Origin: Chloroflexota bacterium | Lineage (GTDB): Bacteria > Chloroflexota > Limnocylindria > P2-11E | Reading direction: 5' to 3' | Length of the DNA: 64,000 bases | Assembly: GCA_005881885.1 (NCBI GenBank) | Contig: VBDX01000134.1 | Coordinates: 4,534 to 68,533 of the forward strand | In this document: positions 38,529 through 47,304 of the stretch, one piece after another | How positions within the stretch are numbered: position 1 is the stretch's first letter | Layout: every line of letters begins with the position of its first letter | Program-made: the position numbers and the translations under genes | Notes under the pieces: generated by a model | Database searches by the model: none | Told to the model about the DNA's origin: nothing | Seen by the model: the letters and a program-made list of their open reading frames with translations, nothing else

Positions 38529-39527
38529 TTGACCGCCGCTGCCGCTGGTCTCGAGGCCCTTGCGACTCGCCGCTGCTACGACTGCGGCTTGGTCAAGCCC
38601 ATCACCGACTTCGCCTTCCGCAACATCGCTCTCGGAACGCGCCAGGGCCGTTGCCGTGCCTGTCATGCCGCGTATCGACGCGCTCACTACCTCCGCAATC
38701 GCGCGACGTATATCCGGCAGGAGGTCGCGCGAATCCGGAAGTATCGCGACAAGAACAGGCCGCTCCTACGCGAGTACTTACGCGCCCATCCTTGCGTCGA
38801 CTGCGGTGAGACGGACATCGTCGTTCTCGATTTCGACCATCGGGATCCATCAAAGAAGAGACATAACGTTGTGGTCCTTGCCATGCACAAAGGGTGGCCC
38901 CGCGTACTACCGGAGATCGAGAAGTGCGACGTCCGGTGCGCGAACTGTCACCGGCGCCGAACCGCGGCGCAATTCAACTGGCGAGCTCAACGACCTGAAA
39001 ATCTAGCATCGTCAGGGACGAAAACTCCGCCGGAACGGAGTGTCGGGTTGTTCGAGCTCGCTGCCCGCAACGATCCGGGCTTGAAGAAGTGCGGCAAGTG
39101 CATGCTCGTGAAACCACTGTCGATGTTTCCCTTCAAAGATCGGGCGCTCGGCAAGCGTGGATCCAAGTGTTTGGCCTGTACCGCTGCGTACAGCCAAGAG
39201 CACTACAAGCGCAATCGGGCCAAGTACTTGAAGAAAGCGCGCAAGAGCCGCCGGCGCGGGTACCGGATGAACAGAGGTTTGGTCCTGACCTACTTGCTGG
39301 AGCATCCATGTGTGGATTGCGGAGAGTCCGACACGCTCTTGCTCGAGTTCGATCACAGGGATCCCGACTCCAAGGTCGATGACGTAGCACACCTCGCCCA
39401 GTACCGGCCCTGGCGCTTCGTGATCGCTGAGATCAACAAGTGCGATGTGCGCTGCGCCAATTGCCACCGCCGAAGGACGGCGCGGCAGTTCGGGTGGACG
39501 AAGCTACTCGATGCGCCGGCGGCATAG
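38529..39527 (+). CDS. tandem duplicated zinc-ribbon + HNH-like nuclease protein
   Basis: Two copies of CxxC...CxxC followed by HPCVDCGE.D...FDHRDP...KCDVRCANCHRRRT. Confidence 0.8.
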   Translation: MTAAAAGLEALATRRCYDCGLVKPITDFAFRNIALGTRQGRCRACHAAYRRAHYLRNRATYIRQEVARIRKYRDKNRPLLREYLRAHPCVDCGETDIVVLDFDHRDPSKKRHNVVVLAMHKGWPRVLPEIEKCDVRCANCHRRRTAAQFNWRAQRPENLASSGTKTPPERSVGLFELAARNDPGLKKCGKCMLVKPLSMFPFKDRALGKRGSKCLACTAAYSQEHYKRNRAKYLKKARKSRRRGYRMNRGLVLTYLLEHPCVDCGESDTLLLEFDHRDPDSKVDDVAHLAQYRPWRFVIAEINKCDVRCANCHRRRTARQFGWTKLLDAPAA

Positions 39528-39539
39528 AATGTCTCGTAC

Positions 39540-39610
39540 GCGGGTGTGTTGTAGTGGAAACAAAAATCCTTCCCAAGGATTGATCGCGGGTCCGATTCCC
39601 GCCACCCGCT
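39540..39610 (+). tRNA. tRNA-Gly(CCC)
   Basis: Acceptor GCGGGTG/CACCCGC, D stem TTGT/ACAA, anticodon arm AATCC-TTCCCAA-GGATT, T arm GCGGG-TCCGATT-CCCGC, discriminator T, no encoded CCA; TAGAAT 9 nt upstream. Confidence 0.9.
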
Positions 39611-39624
39611 CAGTAGAAACCTAG

Positions 39625-39834
39625 ATGACAATACGTGATTCGTTTAAGGCTCTCGTCGGAAAGCGCGTCGTCCTCGACCTCACATCGACCGCCGATAGCG
39701 CGGTCGCGCGAGGCAAGCTCCTCGGAACGATCGATGCCGCAGACGGTCTCGTCCTCATCGTCGAACCCGACGAAGCACCAGGGACGCGACGCAGCGTGCA
39801 TTCACATCACGTGACGAACGCACGCGCGGTCTAG
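39625..39834 (+). CDS. small protein, possible Sm/Lsm-like fold
   Basis: LVGKRVVLDL...ARGKLLG..D...LVL resembles an Sm1 motif. Confidence 0.65.
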   Translation: MTIRDSFKALVGKRVVLDLTSTADSAVARGKLLGTIDAADGLVLIVEPDEAPGTRRSVHSHHVTNARAV

Positions 39835-39836
39835 CG

Positions 39837-40055
39837 ATGGACCGAGCGCTCATCCAGTTCATCTGCGTGCGTACCGATCATCGGAAGAAGCGACCCGTGG
39901 ATCCGTCGAGCCCGTTCAACGTCGCCGAAGAAGGCGGCTGGGCGTACTGCCCTGGCGGCATGCCGGACGGTCACAAATGGTTCAAGACCGGCGGCATCAC
40001 GCGCGCCGGGCTCGCCAAATTCGAATGGCCCGAGGAGGACGAGGCGGAAAGCTAG
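39837..40055 (+). CDS. uncharacterised Cys/His small-domain protein, copy 2
   Basis: IQFICVRTDH...WAYCPGGMPDGHKWFKTGG. Confidence 0.75.
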   Translation: MDRALIQFICVRTDHRKKRPVDPSSPFNVAEEGGWAYCPGGMPDGHKWFKTGGITRAGLAKFEWPEEDEAES

Positions 40056-40513
40056 AGGCGCAGCGGCCGCGCCACCGGATCCTTGAACATCGCGCCCGGA
40101 TCGTCTTTCCAGCGGGCCGGCTGCACGTCGATATACAGCTCGATCTCATTGCCGTCCGGGTCTTCGATGTACAGGCTGTGGGTCACGCCGTGATCGGTCG
40201 CACCGACGATCCGCACGTCCGCAGCGGCGACCGCGTCCCGCGCCTCGCGGAGCTCGTCGTCGGACTCCCCGACCTTGAGGCCAAAGTGGTAAAGACCGAT
40301 GCGTCGTCCGCGCGGAATCGGTGCAGCGCTCGGCCCGACCTCGATCAGCAATAGCTCGTGATGTGTGCGGCCGGACGAGAATGCCGCCGCGGGAAACGCG
40401 AGGCCTTCCTCAGGCGTGATCTCCGTCCAGCCAAGCGTCTCGCCGTAGAACTTGCGCGAGCGCTTAAGGTCGCGGACATATAGGACGATATGGCCGAGTT
40501 CTTTGACCTTCAT
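40052..40513 (-). CDS. VOC family protein
   Basis: LGHIVLYVRDL, HHEL, GLYHF, SLYIEDPDGNEIEL. Confidence 0.92.
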   Translation of the reverse strand: MKVKELGHIVLYVRDLKRSRKFYGETLGWTEITPEEGLAFPAAAFSSGRTHHELLLIEVGPSAAPIPRGRRIGLYHFGLKVGESDDELREARDAVAAADVRIVGATDHGVTHSLYIEDPDGNEIELYIDVQPARWKDDPGAMFKDPVARPLRL

Positions 40514-40571
40514 TGACTACTCCCTAGGTATTCCCGTAACACGCCCCAGATCCAGCGTGTTCCACTTACGC

Positions 40572-41852
40572 ATGCGCGCGCTCCTCTCCGCGATCATCTT
40601 GATCGCTACGCTGACAGCTGGCGGACGGACCGCGGCGGCGACGTGCACTCTGGACATCGGTCCGGGTATCCCTCCACCCGTCGCCACCCCGGCGAAGCTT
40701 CCCGGATTCCACGCCGCCTGGTACGGCCAGAGCGGGTATATGCGCCTGTGCGCGGGGAATACCGCAACGGCGACTCTCGCGTACTACAACTCGGGCTCGC
40801 TCGGCTGGGTCGCGGGCCGGATGGGCGAGTCGGCCTACCTCGGCACGTGGGACAGCGAGCCCGGCCAGGACCAGCCAAGCGTCTTGGGCGGGGACGGCCG
40901 GCTCGGCTCGCCCGCGACCGGATGGCCGCGCTATAACCGGATCGCCGTGCAACCCGCGCAGTACGTCGGGCCGGGTCAGATCGCCTGGTTCCAGTTCACC
41001 GTGAAAGCTCCGTCGACGCCTGGCACATACCGGCTCTACGTGCGTCCGCTCGTCGAGGGCGCGACCTGGCTCGAGGACATCGGGGTCTTCTGGCAGGTCA
41101 CCGTCCTCAATCCCGACGGTACGCCGCCGAAGCCGACGCCCCCGGATCCGGTCGGCGTCCGCTTCCAAATCGATCCAGGTGTCAGCGCGCCGGACATCGC
41201 TCTCGTCCATCAGGGTGTGCAGCACGAGAGCGCATTCCTCGACTTGAACGCCGGCGGTACGCGCCGCTCTCCTTCGCTCGTGCACGTGTATGTCGGCGAC
41301 ACCACGAAGCAGTACTGCTGCCTGACCATCGGCGACAGCTTCGAGATCGTCACATCCAACCCGGCCTGGCGGACCCCGCCGGCCTCCGCGCCGGACACGT
41401 GGACCGCGGACACCGAGCGCACCGAGCTCGCCGCCCACGAGTACGTGCACCTCTGGCAGTACTCGATCGGCGGCAACGCGTGCATGGTCGGCGTCCGCTG
41501 GATGGCCGAGGGAATGGCGGAGTCGTTCGCCTACCGCTCCCTCGTTGCCGACGGGATCATCCCGCAGGCGAACCTGGACACGTTCACGAGACGTCAGCTC
41601 ACGACGGCGACGAATCAGGTCGCGCTCTCCTCGCTCGAATCATCCTGGCCCGCGAACGCCAACCCGTTCGCACTCGGGTACCTCGCCGTCGACCGGCTGC
41701 TCGCGCCGAAGGGCGTCACCACCATCCGCGACTGGTGCGCGCGCGTCGGGTCCGGACAGGAATGGCACCAGGCCTTCGCCGCGGCGTTCGGCGAGACCAC
41801 GGACGCGTTCTATTCGCGCTTTGAAGCGTTCCGTTCCGCGTACATCCGCTAG
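40572..41852 (+). CDS. secreted protein: Ig-like module plus gluzincin-type metallopeptidase domain
   Basis: Signal peptide MRALLSAIILIA; AAHEYVHLWQ...WMAEGMAE. Confidence 0.8.
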   Translation: MRALLSAIILIATLTAGGRTAAATCTLDIGPGIPPPVATPAKLPGFHAAWYGQSGYMRLCAGNTATATLAYYNSGSLGWVAGRMGESAYLGTWDSEPGQDQPSVLGGDGRLGSPATGWPRYNRIAVQPAQYVGPGQIAWFQFTVKAPSTPGTYRLYVRPLVEGATWLEDIGVFWQVTVLNPDGTPPKPTPPDPVGVRFQIDPGVSAPDIALVHQGVQHESAFLDLNAGGTRRSPSLVHVYVGDTTKQYCCLTIGDSFEIVTSNPAWRTPPASAPDTWTADTERTELAAHEYVHLWQYSIGGNACMVGVRWMAEGMAESFAYRSLVADGIIPQANLDTFTRRQLTTATNQVALSSLESSWPANANPFALGYLAVDRLLAPKGVTTIRDWCARVGSGQEWHQAFAAAFGETTDAFYSRFEAFRSAYIR

Positions 41853-41996
41853 TTGCTCACTTTTCGGTAGCTACTAGGCTTCGGGGAAGTAAGCGCCACG
41901 ATCGTCCGCGTGATGGCGCACCCTCCCGGCGAACGCTTTTCTGGTGGGACTCGCGCTGGTCGCGGCGTACGGCCGGTTCGTCGTCGTACCCTTCTA

Positions 41997-42452
41997 ATGG
42001 TGGAGCTCAAACCCGGGGATCAAGCACCCGCCTTCGCGCTCCCCGATGAGAATGGGGAGGTCGTCTCGACGAAGGACCTGAAAGGGTCGCGTTACGTCGT
42101 GTACTTCTACCCGAAGGACGACACGCCGGGCTGCACGACCGAAGCCTGCCAGTTCACCGACAACTTCCCCCAGTTCGAGATGCTCGGCGTCCCGGTCCTT
42201 GGCGTCTCGCGGGACGATGCCAGAGCGCATCAAGCCTTCCGAAAGAAGTACGGCCTGCGCGTGCAGCTTCTGACCGACGCCGACCGCAAGGCTCACGATG
42301 CGTACGGCGCCTGGGGCGACCGGCCCGGACGAGGCGAGGGCGTGATCCGATCCACCTTCCTCATCGGGCGGGACGGCCGCGTCGAGCGCGCGTGGTACGC
42401 GGTGAAGCCCGACGGCCACGCGCTCGAGGTGCTTTCCGCCCTTCGCGTCTAG
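41997..42452 (+). CDS. bcp: peroxiredoxin Bcp
   Basis: YFYPKDDTPGCTTEAC, IRSTFLI. Confidence 0.95.
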   Translation: MVELKPGDQAPAFALPDENGEVVSTKDLKGSRYVVYFYPKDDTPGCTTEACQFTDNFPQFEMLGVPVLGVSRDDARAHQAFRKKYGLRVQLLTDADRKAHDAYGAWGDRPGRGEGVIRSTFLIGRDGRVERAWYAVKPDGHALEVLSALRV

Positions 42453-43185
42453 CGTCCCGCCGCGGCGCCCCGTCTTCCTCGAAGCGAAGCACCTTGAAGC
42501 CCTCGCCGTACGCGTAACGCTTGCGCTTGCCGGTCTCCCGCATCCAGCCGCGGATGAAGTCCACGCTCTCGGGCTCGATCTGCGAGCGGTGCGCGAGGAG
42601 CGCCTTCATCTTGATCTCGACCACATCGCTGACGTCGACGATCGTGTCCGGGTTGCCGAACGCCATGAGGAAGAGGGCTTTTGGCTTGTGCGGTTCGAGC
42701 CGTTCTTTCTGCCAGAGCTCCGGCAGCATCTGGCGAGTGGACGCGTCCGGATTGATCGACCGAAGGACGACCTCACCGGCAGCGATGTGGTCGGGATGGT
42801 TGACATAGCCGCCTCCGTACCTGGTCGTTGGGTCCATCGTGAAGATCACGTCCGGTCGGTATCGGCGGATCTCGCGCGCGACGGCGCGACGCACGTCGAT
42901 CGTCGGCTCGAGGTAGCCGTCTTCGAAGTCCAGGAAGACGACATTCTTCACGCCGAGGATTCGCGCGGCTTCGCGTTGCTCCGCTGCGCGAACGTCGCGC
43001 AAACGCTCGCGCGTCATGTCGGGATCCTGTGAGCCCGACGCTCCGTTGGTGACCATGCAGTACGTGAACTCGACTCCGGCCTTGGCCCACCTGGCGACCG
43101 TTCCGGCCATCCCAAACTCGGCGTCGTCGGGGTGCGCATAGATCGCCATGGCGCGCTGCACGTCGAGCGTCTTATCGAACCGCAC
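42361..43185 (-). CDS. PIG-L family deacetylase
   Basis: AHPDDAE, TNGASG, NHPDH. Confidence 0.92.
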   Translation of the reverse strand: MRFDKTLDVQRAMAIYAHPDDAEFGMAGTVARWAKAGVEFTYCMVTNGASGSQDPDMTRERLRDVRAAEQREAARILGVKNVVFLDFEDGYLEPTIDVRRAVAREIRRYRPDVIFTMDPTTRYGGGYVNHPDHIAAGEVVLRSINPDASTRQMLPELWQKERLEPHKPKALFLMAFGNPDTIVDVSDVVEIKMKALLAHRSQIEPESVDFIRGWMRETGKRKRYAYGEGFKVLRFEEDGAPRRDARREGRKAPRARGRRASPRTTRARRGRPAR

Positions 43186-43395
43186 ATCGCTAGTGTGGCG
43201 CGAACGCGGCGTGCGGTCCGAAAGACGATGTCACGACTCCCCGCTCATCCGGGCGCCGTCTCGCGGGCACGGCGCGATGACGTCGCGGGACCGATGTCTG
43301 CGCTTCTCCGCTTTTGCGGTCTTACGGCAGGCCAGTTTGGCGGGAGCGGCCGTGCAGGCCGTCCGATCTGGGCGGCCGCGTATCGTGCGCGGGCG

Positions 43396-44448
43396 ATGCG
43401 CCGTGCCACCGGAGAGGCCCCCGGGCGGATCAATCTCATTGGCGAGCACACCGACTACAACGATGGGCTCGTGCTTCCGGTGGCTTTGGGTCTGGGCGTC
43501 ACTGTCGTCGCACGACCGCGCGACAACCGCACCGCACACCTGGTGACCGATGCGGACGTGGAGCCCCGCGAGACCTCCTACATCGTCGGTGCCGAGCGAA
43601 GCGATGGGACCTGGGCGGACCGCGCGCGGGGCGTGACAGCGGCGTTGCTTGGCCGCGGCGCGCCCGTGGATGGATTCGAGGCGGAGATCAGCAGCACGCT
43701 TCCACTCGGTGCCGGACTTGGTTCGAGCGCCGCGCTCGCCGTCGCGCTCGTTCGGGCGCTGCGCGAGCTTTTCGACCTGACGCTGGACGACGGCGAGATC
43801 GCAACTGTGGCCCATGCCGCGGAGACCGAGTTCGTCGGGGCGCGCGCCGGTTTGATGGATCAGCTCGCTTCGATCTACGGCCGCCGCAGCGAGGCGCTCC
43901 TCATCGATCTTCACGATCTCTCGCGGGTCGCGGTCGCGCTGCCGGGCGAGCTCGAGCTCGCGGTCATCGACTCGGGTACCCGCCATCAACACGCGACCGG
44001 CGGATACAACCGCCGACGCGAGGAGTGCGAAGAGGCCGCGCGGCACCTGGGCGTCGGGTCGCTTCGCGACCTCGAGGATCGACGTCTCGAGGACGTGCTG
44101 GAGCGCCTTCCGCCGCCACTCGATCGCCGTGTGCGGCACGTCCTCACCGAGAACACGCGCGTGCGTGACGCGATCGCGGCACTGCGCGCGGCCGATCTGT
44201 CGAGGCTCGGCGCATTGCTCGATTCGTCGCACCGGTCACTTCGTGACGACTACGAGGTCTCGACGGCGGAGCTCGATCGTCTCGTGGACCTGGCGCGCGA
44301 CGATCGGGCGGTGCGCGGCGCTCGGCTCGTTGGCGGTGGATTCGGTGGCAGCGTCCTCGCATTGACCGAACGCGGTGAGGCACGAAGCGCAGCCGAGCGC
44401 ATTCTTCGACGTTACGATCGAGGCCGCCTCGTCGCCGTGGTGCCCTGA
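43396..44448 (+). CDS. galK: galactokinase
   Basis: GRINLIGEHTDYN, PLGAGLGSSAA, GLMDQ, GGGFGG. Confidence 0.95.
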   Translation: MRRATGEAPGRINLIGEHTDYNDGLVLPVALGLGVTVVARPRDNRTAHLVTDADVEPRETSYIVGAERSDGTWADRARGVTAALLGRGAPVDGFEAEISSTLPLGAGLGSSAALAVALVRALRELFDLTLDDGEIATVAHAAETEFVGARAGLMDQLASIYGRRSEALLIDLHDLSRVAVALPGELELAVIDSGTRHQHATGGYNRRREECEEAARHLGVGSLRDLEDRRLEDVLERLPPPLDRRVRHVLTENTRVRDAIAALRAADLSRLGALLDSSHRSLRDDYEVSTAELDRLVDLARDDRAVRGARLVGGGFGGSVLALTERGEARSAAERILRRYDRGRLVAVVP

Positions 44449-45551
44449 TGGGGATCGGAAAGCTGTCTGATGGCCTCGCGCCTACGCCGCCGATGGGGTG
44501 GAACAGCTGGAATCGCTTTGGCGTCAAGATCGACGAGCGACTGGTGCTCGAGACCGCTGAAGCGATCGTCGAGAGCGGGATGCGCGATGCGGGTTACCGC
44601 TACGTGGTCATAGATGACGGCTGGATGGCGCCCGAGCGCGATCGCAATGGTGACTTCGTCGCCGATCCTGCGAAGTTTCCCAGCGGCATCGCGGCCCTCG
44701 CCGAACGGATTCACGCGCTCGGTCTGCGGTTCGGCATCTATACCGACGCCGGGACAAGAACATGCCAGGGCCTGCCGGCAAGCCTTGGGTACGAGTTCCG
44801 GGATGCCCGCCGGTTCGCGGCGTGGGGCGTCGACTACGTGAAAGTGGACTGGTGTCACACCGCCGGCCTGGGCCCGCGCGCGTGCTACGCGAAATGGGCG
44901 ATGGCGATCCAGGCGACGAGGCGGCCGATCGTCCTCTCCATCTGCGAGTGGGGTCGAGCGCGACCCTGGGAGTGGGCCGGTAGGCTCGGCCATCTCTGGC
45001 GAACATGCTGGGACATCCAGCCGGAGTGGTCGAGCGTCACGACGATCCTCGATCGGCAGGCGGAGCTGCATCCGTACTCAGGTCCCGATCACTGGAACGA
45101 TCCGGACATGCTCGAGGTCGGGAACGGCCTGACCGCGAGCGAAGATCGTGCGCATTTCGCGTTGTGGGCGATGCTGGCCGCGCCGCTCATGGCCGGGAAC
45201 GACCTGCGCCAGATGAGCGACGGCGTCCGCGGGATCCTCACGGCGACCGAGATCGTCGCGATCGATCAGGACGCCCTCGGAATGCAAGCCCGGCGCGTCC
45301 GCCGCGAGGAGGACATCGAGGTGTGGGTGCGAGGCTTGGCGGGCTCGCGAGCCGTCGCCGTGGCGCTGTTCAACCGCGGGCCCCAAGACCGGGAGCTGCG
45401 CGCCGGGCTGGACGAGATCGGATTCGCGTCCTCCGATGTTGTGCGAGTTCGCGACCTTTGGCTGCGATCGGACCTCGGGGAGCGTCGCCGCGAGATCGTG
45501 ACCACGGTCCCCTCGCATAGTGCTGCTGTTCTCCGCGTGAGCGCGTACTAG
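44448..45551 (+). CDS. GH27 alpha-galactosidase
   Basis: TPPMGWNSWN, IDDGW, YVKVDWC, WNDPDMLEVG. Confidence 0.95.
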   Translation: MGIGKLSDGLAPTPPMGWNSWNRFGVKIDERLVLETAEAIVESGMRDAGYRYVVIDDGWMAPERDRNGDFVADPAKFPSGIAALAERIHALGLRFGIYTDAGTRTCQGLPASLGYEFRDARRFAAWGVDYVKVDWCHTAGLGPRACYAKWAMAIQATRRPIVLSICEWGRARPWEWAGRLGHLWRTCWDIQPEWSSVTTILDRQAELHPYSGPDHWNDPDMLEVGNGLTASEDRAHFALWAMLAAPLMAGNDLRQMSDGVRGILTATEIVAIDQDALGMQARRVRREEDIEVWVRGLAGSRAVAVALFNRGPQDRELRAGLDEIGFASSDVVRVRDLWLRSDLGERRREIVTTVPSHSAAVLRVSAY

Positions 45552-45661
45552 TACCCGCCTGACCCATTCGTACCTGAGCCGGTTAGCGATACCCCGATGA
45601 GAGCCGTCTCATCAATTTGGCGGACGGCAACGGAGGCGCGGGAGCGCATGTTATCCGGGCC

Positions 45662-46813
45662 ATGGGTGTGGTGGGGCGATGGGGTATCTACGTCGCTATT
45701 TGTGCGGCCGTGCTTTTCGCATTGCTCACAGCGGACTCCCCCGCGGCCGCTCAGTCCGCGCTCCTCGACACGCTCTCCACGCATGTCACGCTCGCGCGCG
45801 ACGGCGCCGTCGACCTGGTCACGGACGAGCGAGTGATCCGTAGCGGCGACACCGTCGCCACGGACCGGACCGGCCACGCGGTGGTCACCTATCCCGACGG
45901 ATCGACGGCCCTGCTCGAGGAGTCGAGCGAGCTCACGATCGAATTCGTGCACACGACGGCGGGCGATTACGTCGTGCGGATGCAGCAAACCCTCGGGCGC
46001 GTCTGGTACGCGGTCGCGAGGACGATCGCTTCGGGCAGCCGGTACGAGGTGCACAGCGCGGCCATGGCCTCGGTCATCCGCGCCGGTTCAAGCTCGTTCG
46101 TCGCGGTCCTGCCCGGTGGCGAGACGACTGTGGTGGCGACCGCGGGCAGCGTCGAGACGAGCGCCGGCGAGACGAGCGCCGGCGGGACAGCGATCACCGT
46201 TCCAGCGGGCGCGTCCGCGGTCATGAGCGCCGCCGGGAGTCCGTCGCCGCCGGGCCCCGCCGCGACGGTCACGACGGTCAACCCGCCTGCGACACCCTCG
46301 CTCGCCGCGCCGCGCGAGGACGTCCAGACGGCGCTGGCATCGCCCACGGCGACGGAGCGGGAGTCGACACCCAGCGCGGCGCCGACCGCATTCGCTCCAC
46401 CGGCCGACACGCTCCCACCGCCTCCCGTCGTTATCACGATGGCAAAGGTCGCCAGGGCCGCCGCGCCTCTTGTGACGCCGACGCAAACGAGCTCGCCGAC
46501 CACGAGCACGCCATCGGCCGATCCGACTCCGCAGACGACGGCCGCTGGCGCGAGCTCGGCGCCGAAAGCGTCGCAGAGCGCCTCGACGGCGTCCGTGAAG
46601 CTCGCCGCTTCGACCGCGCCGGCGGTCGAGCCAAAGGCGGCGCCCAAGCCGGCCGCAGCGCCCGAGCGGGTGGCCGCTGCACGGGCCGCAGCACCCGAGC
46701 CGCTTACCTCGGCACGGAGCACAGCGCCCGAGCGCGTGGCCGCTGCGCGGGCCGCAGCGCCCGAGCCGGTGACGGCTGCGCCCGGGCGAGACTCGAAGGC
46801 CGAGAAGGCCTAG
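45662..46813 (+). CDS. FecR-like domain protein with Ala/Pro/Thr-rich tail
   Basis: TM segment, GDTVAT...YPDGS...LEESS; start uncertain. Confidence 0.7.
   Translation: MGVVGRWGIYVAICAAVLFALLTADSPAAAQSALLDTLSTHVTLARDGAVDLVTDERVIRSGDTVATDRTGHAVVTYPDGSTALLEESSELTIEFVHTTAGDYVVRMQQTLGRVWYAVARTIASGSRYEVHSAAMASVIRAGSSSFVAVLPGGETTVVATAGSVETSAGETSAGGTAITVPAGASAVMSAAGSPSPPGPAATVTTVNPPATPSLAAPREDVQTALASPTATERESTPSAAPTAFAPPADTLPPPPVVITMAKVARAAAPLVTPTQTSSPTTSTPSADPTPQTTAAGASSAPKASQSASTASVKLAASTAPAVEPKAAPKPAAAPERVAAARAAAPEPLTSARSTAPERVAAARAAAPEPVTAAPGRDSKAEKA
46656..46768 (+). repeat. 47-bp direct repeat, 66-bp period (APERVAAARAAAPEP x2)
   Basis: 46656-46702 vs 46722-46768, 3 mismatches. Confidence 0.85.
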
Positions 46814-46822
46814 GTCCGCGGG

Positions 46823-47251
46823 CTACCGCGCGATCAGGATCGCGCCGGCCACCATCAGGGCGGCGCCCGCGACCTTCCACACCGTGAGCGATTCGCCGAG
46901 AAAGAGCGCCGCGAGCACGACGACGAGGACGACCGAAAGCCGATCCAGGCCACTGACCGCGCTCGCTTGGCCGATCTTCAGTGCTGCGAAGTACGCGAGC
47001 CAGGATCCCGCGCCGGCGAATCCCGCGAGACCGATGAACATCCAGCCTTTCCGGTCGATGCTGCCGAGCTCTCTGACGTCGCCGGCCGCCACCGCGGCGA
47101 CCGTTATCACCGCGGCCATCACGATCGCGCGGGCCATCGTCGCAGGGATCGGCGTGACGTCACCGAGGCCGATCTTGCCGAAGATCGCGACGAGCGCCGC
47201 ACCAAAGGCGGAGAGAAGACCAAGGACGACCCAGCCAGCGATCTCGGGCAC
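46823..47251 (-). CDS. EamA/DMT small transporter
   Basis: IFGKIG, SWLAYFAALK, DRLSVV, LFLGE. Confidence 0.9.
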   Translation of the reverse strand: MPEIAGWVVLGLLSAFGAALVAIFGKIGLGDVTPIPATMARAIVMAAVITVAAVAAGDVRELGSIDRKGWMFIGLAGFAGAGSWLAYFAALKIGQASAVSGLDRLSVVLVVVLAALFLGESLTVWKVAGAALMVAGAILIAR

Positions 47252-47304
47252 GCGTAACGTCCTGCAGAGGACGGGCCTGTTCGCGCCGTTCTCTGAAGGC
47301 CTGC

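Noticed and set aside
41883-41930. Hairpin GCGCCA...TGGCGC as a riboswitch or ncRNA
   Set aside because: Short GC stems are common here and I recognise no conserved RNA motif.
42361-42452. 92-bp convergent overlap between bcp and the PIG-L gene
   Set aside because: Most simply a stop-codon loss giving an Arg-rich tail; no sign of function.
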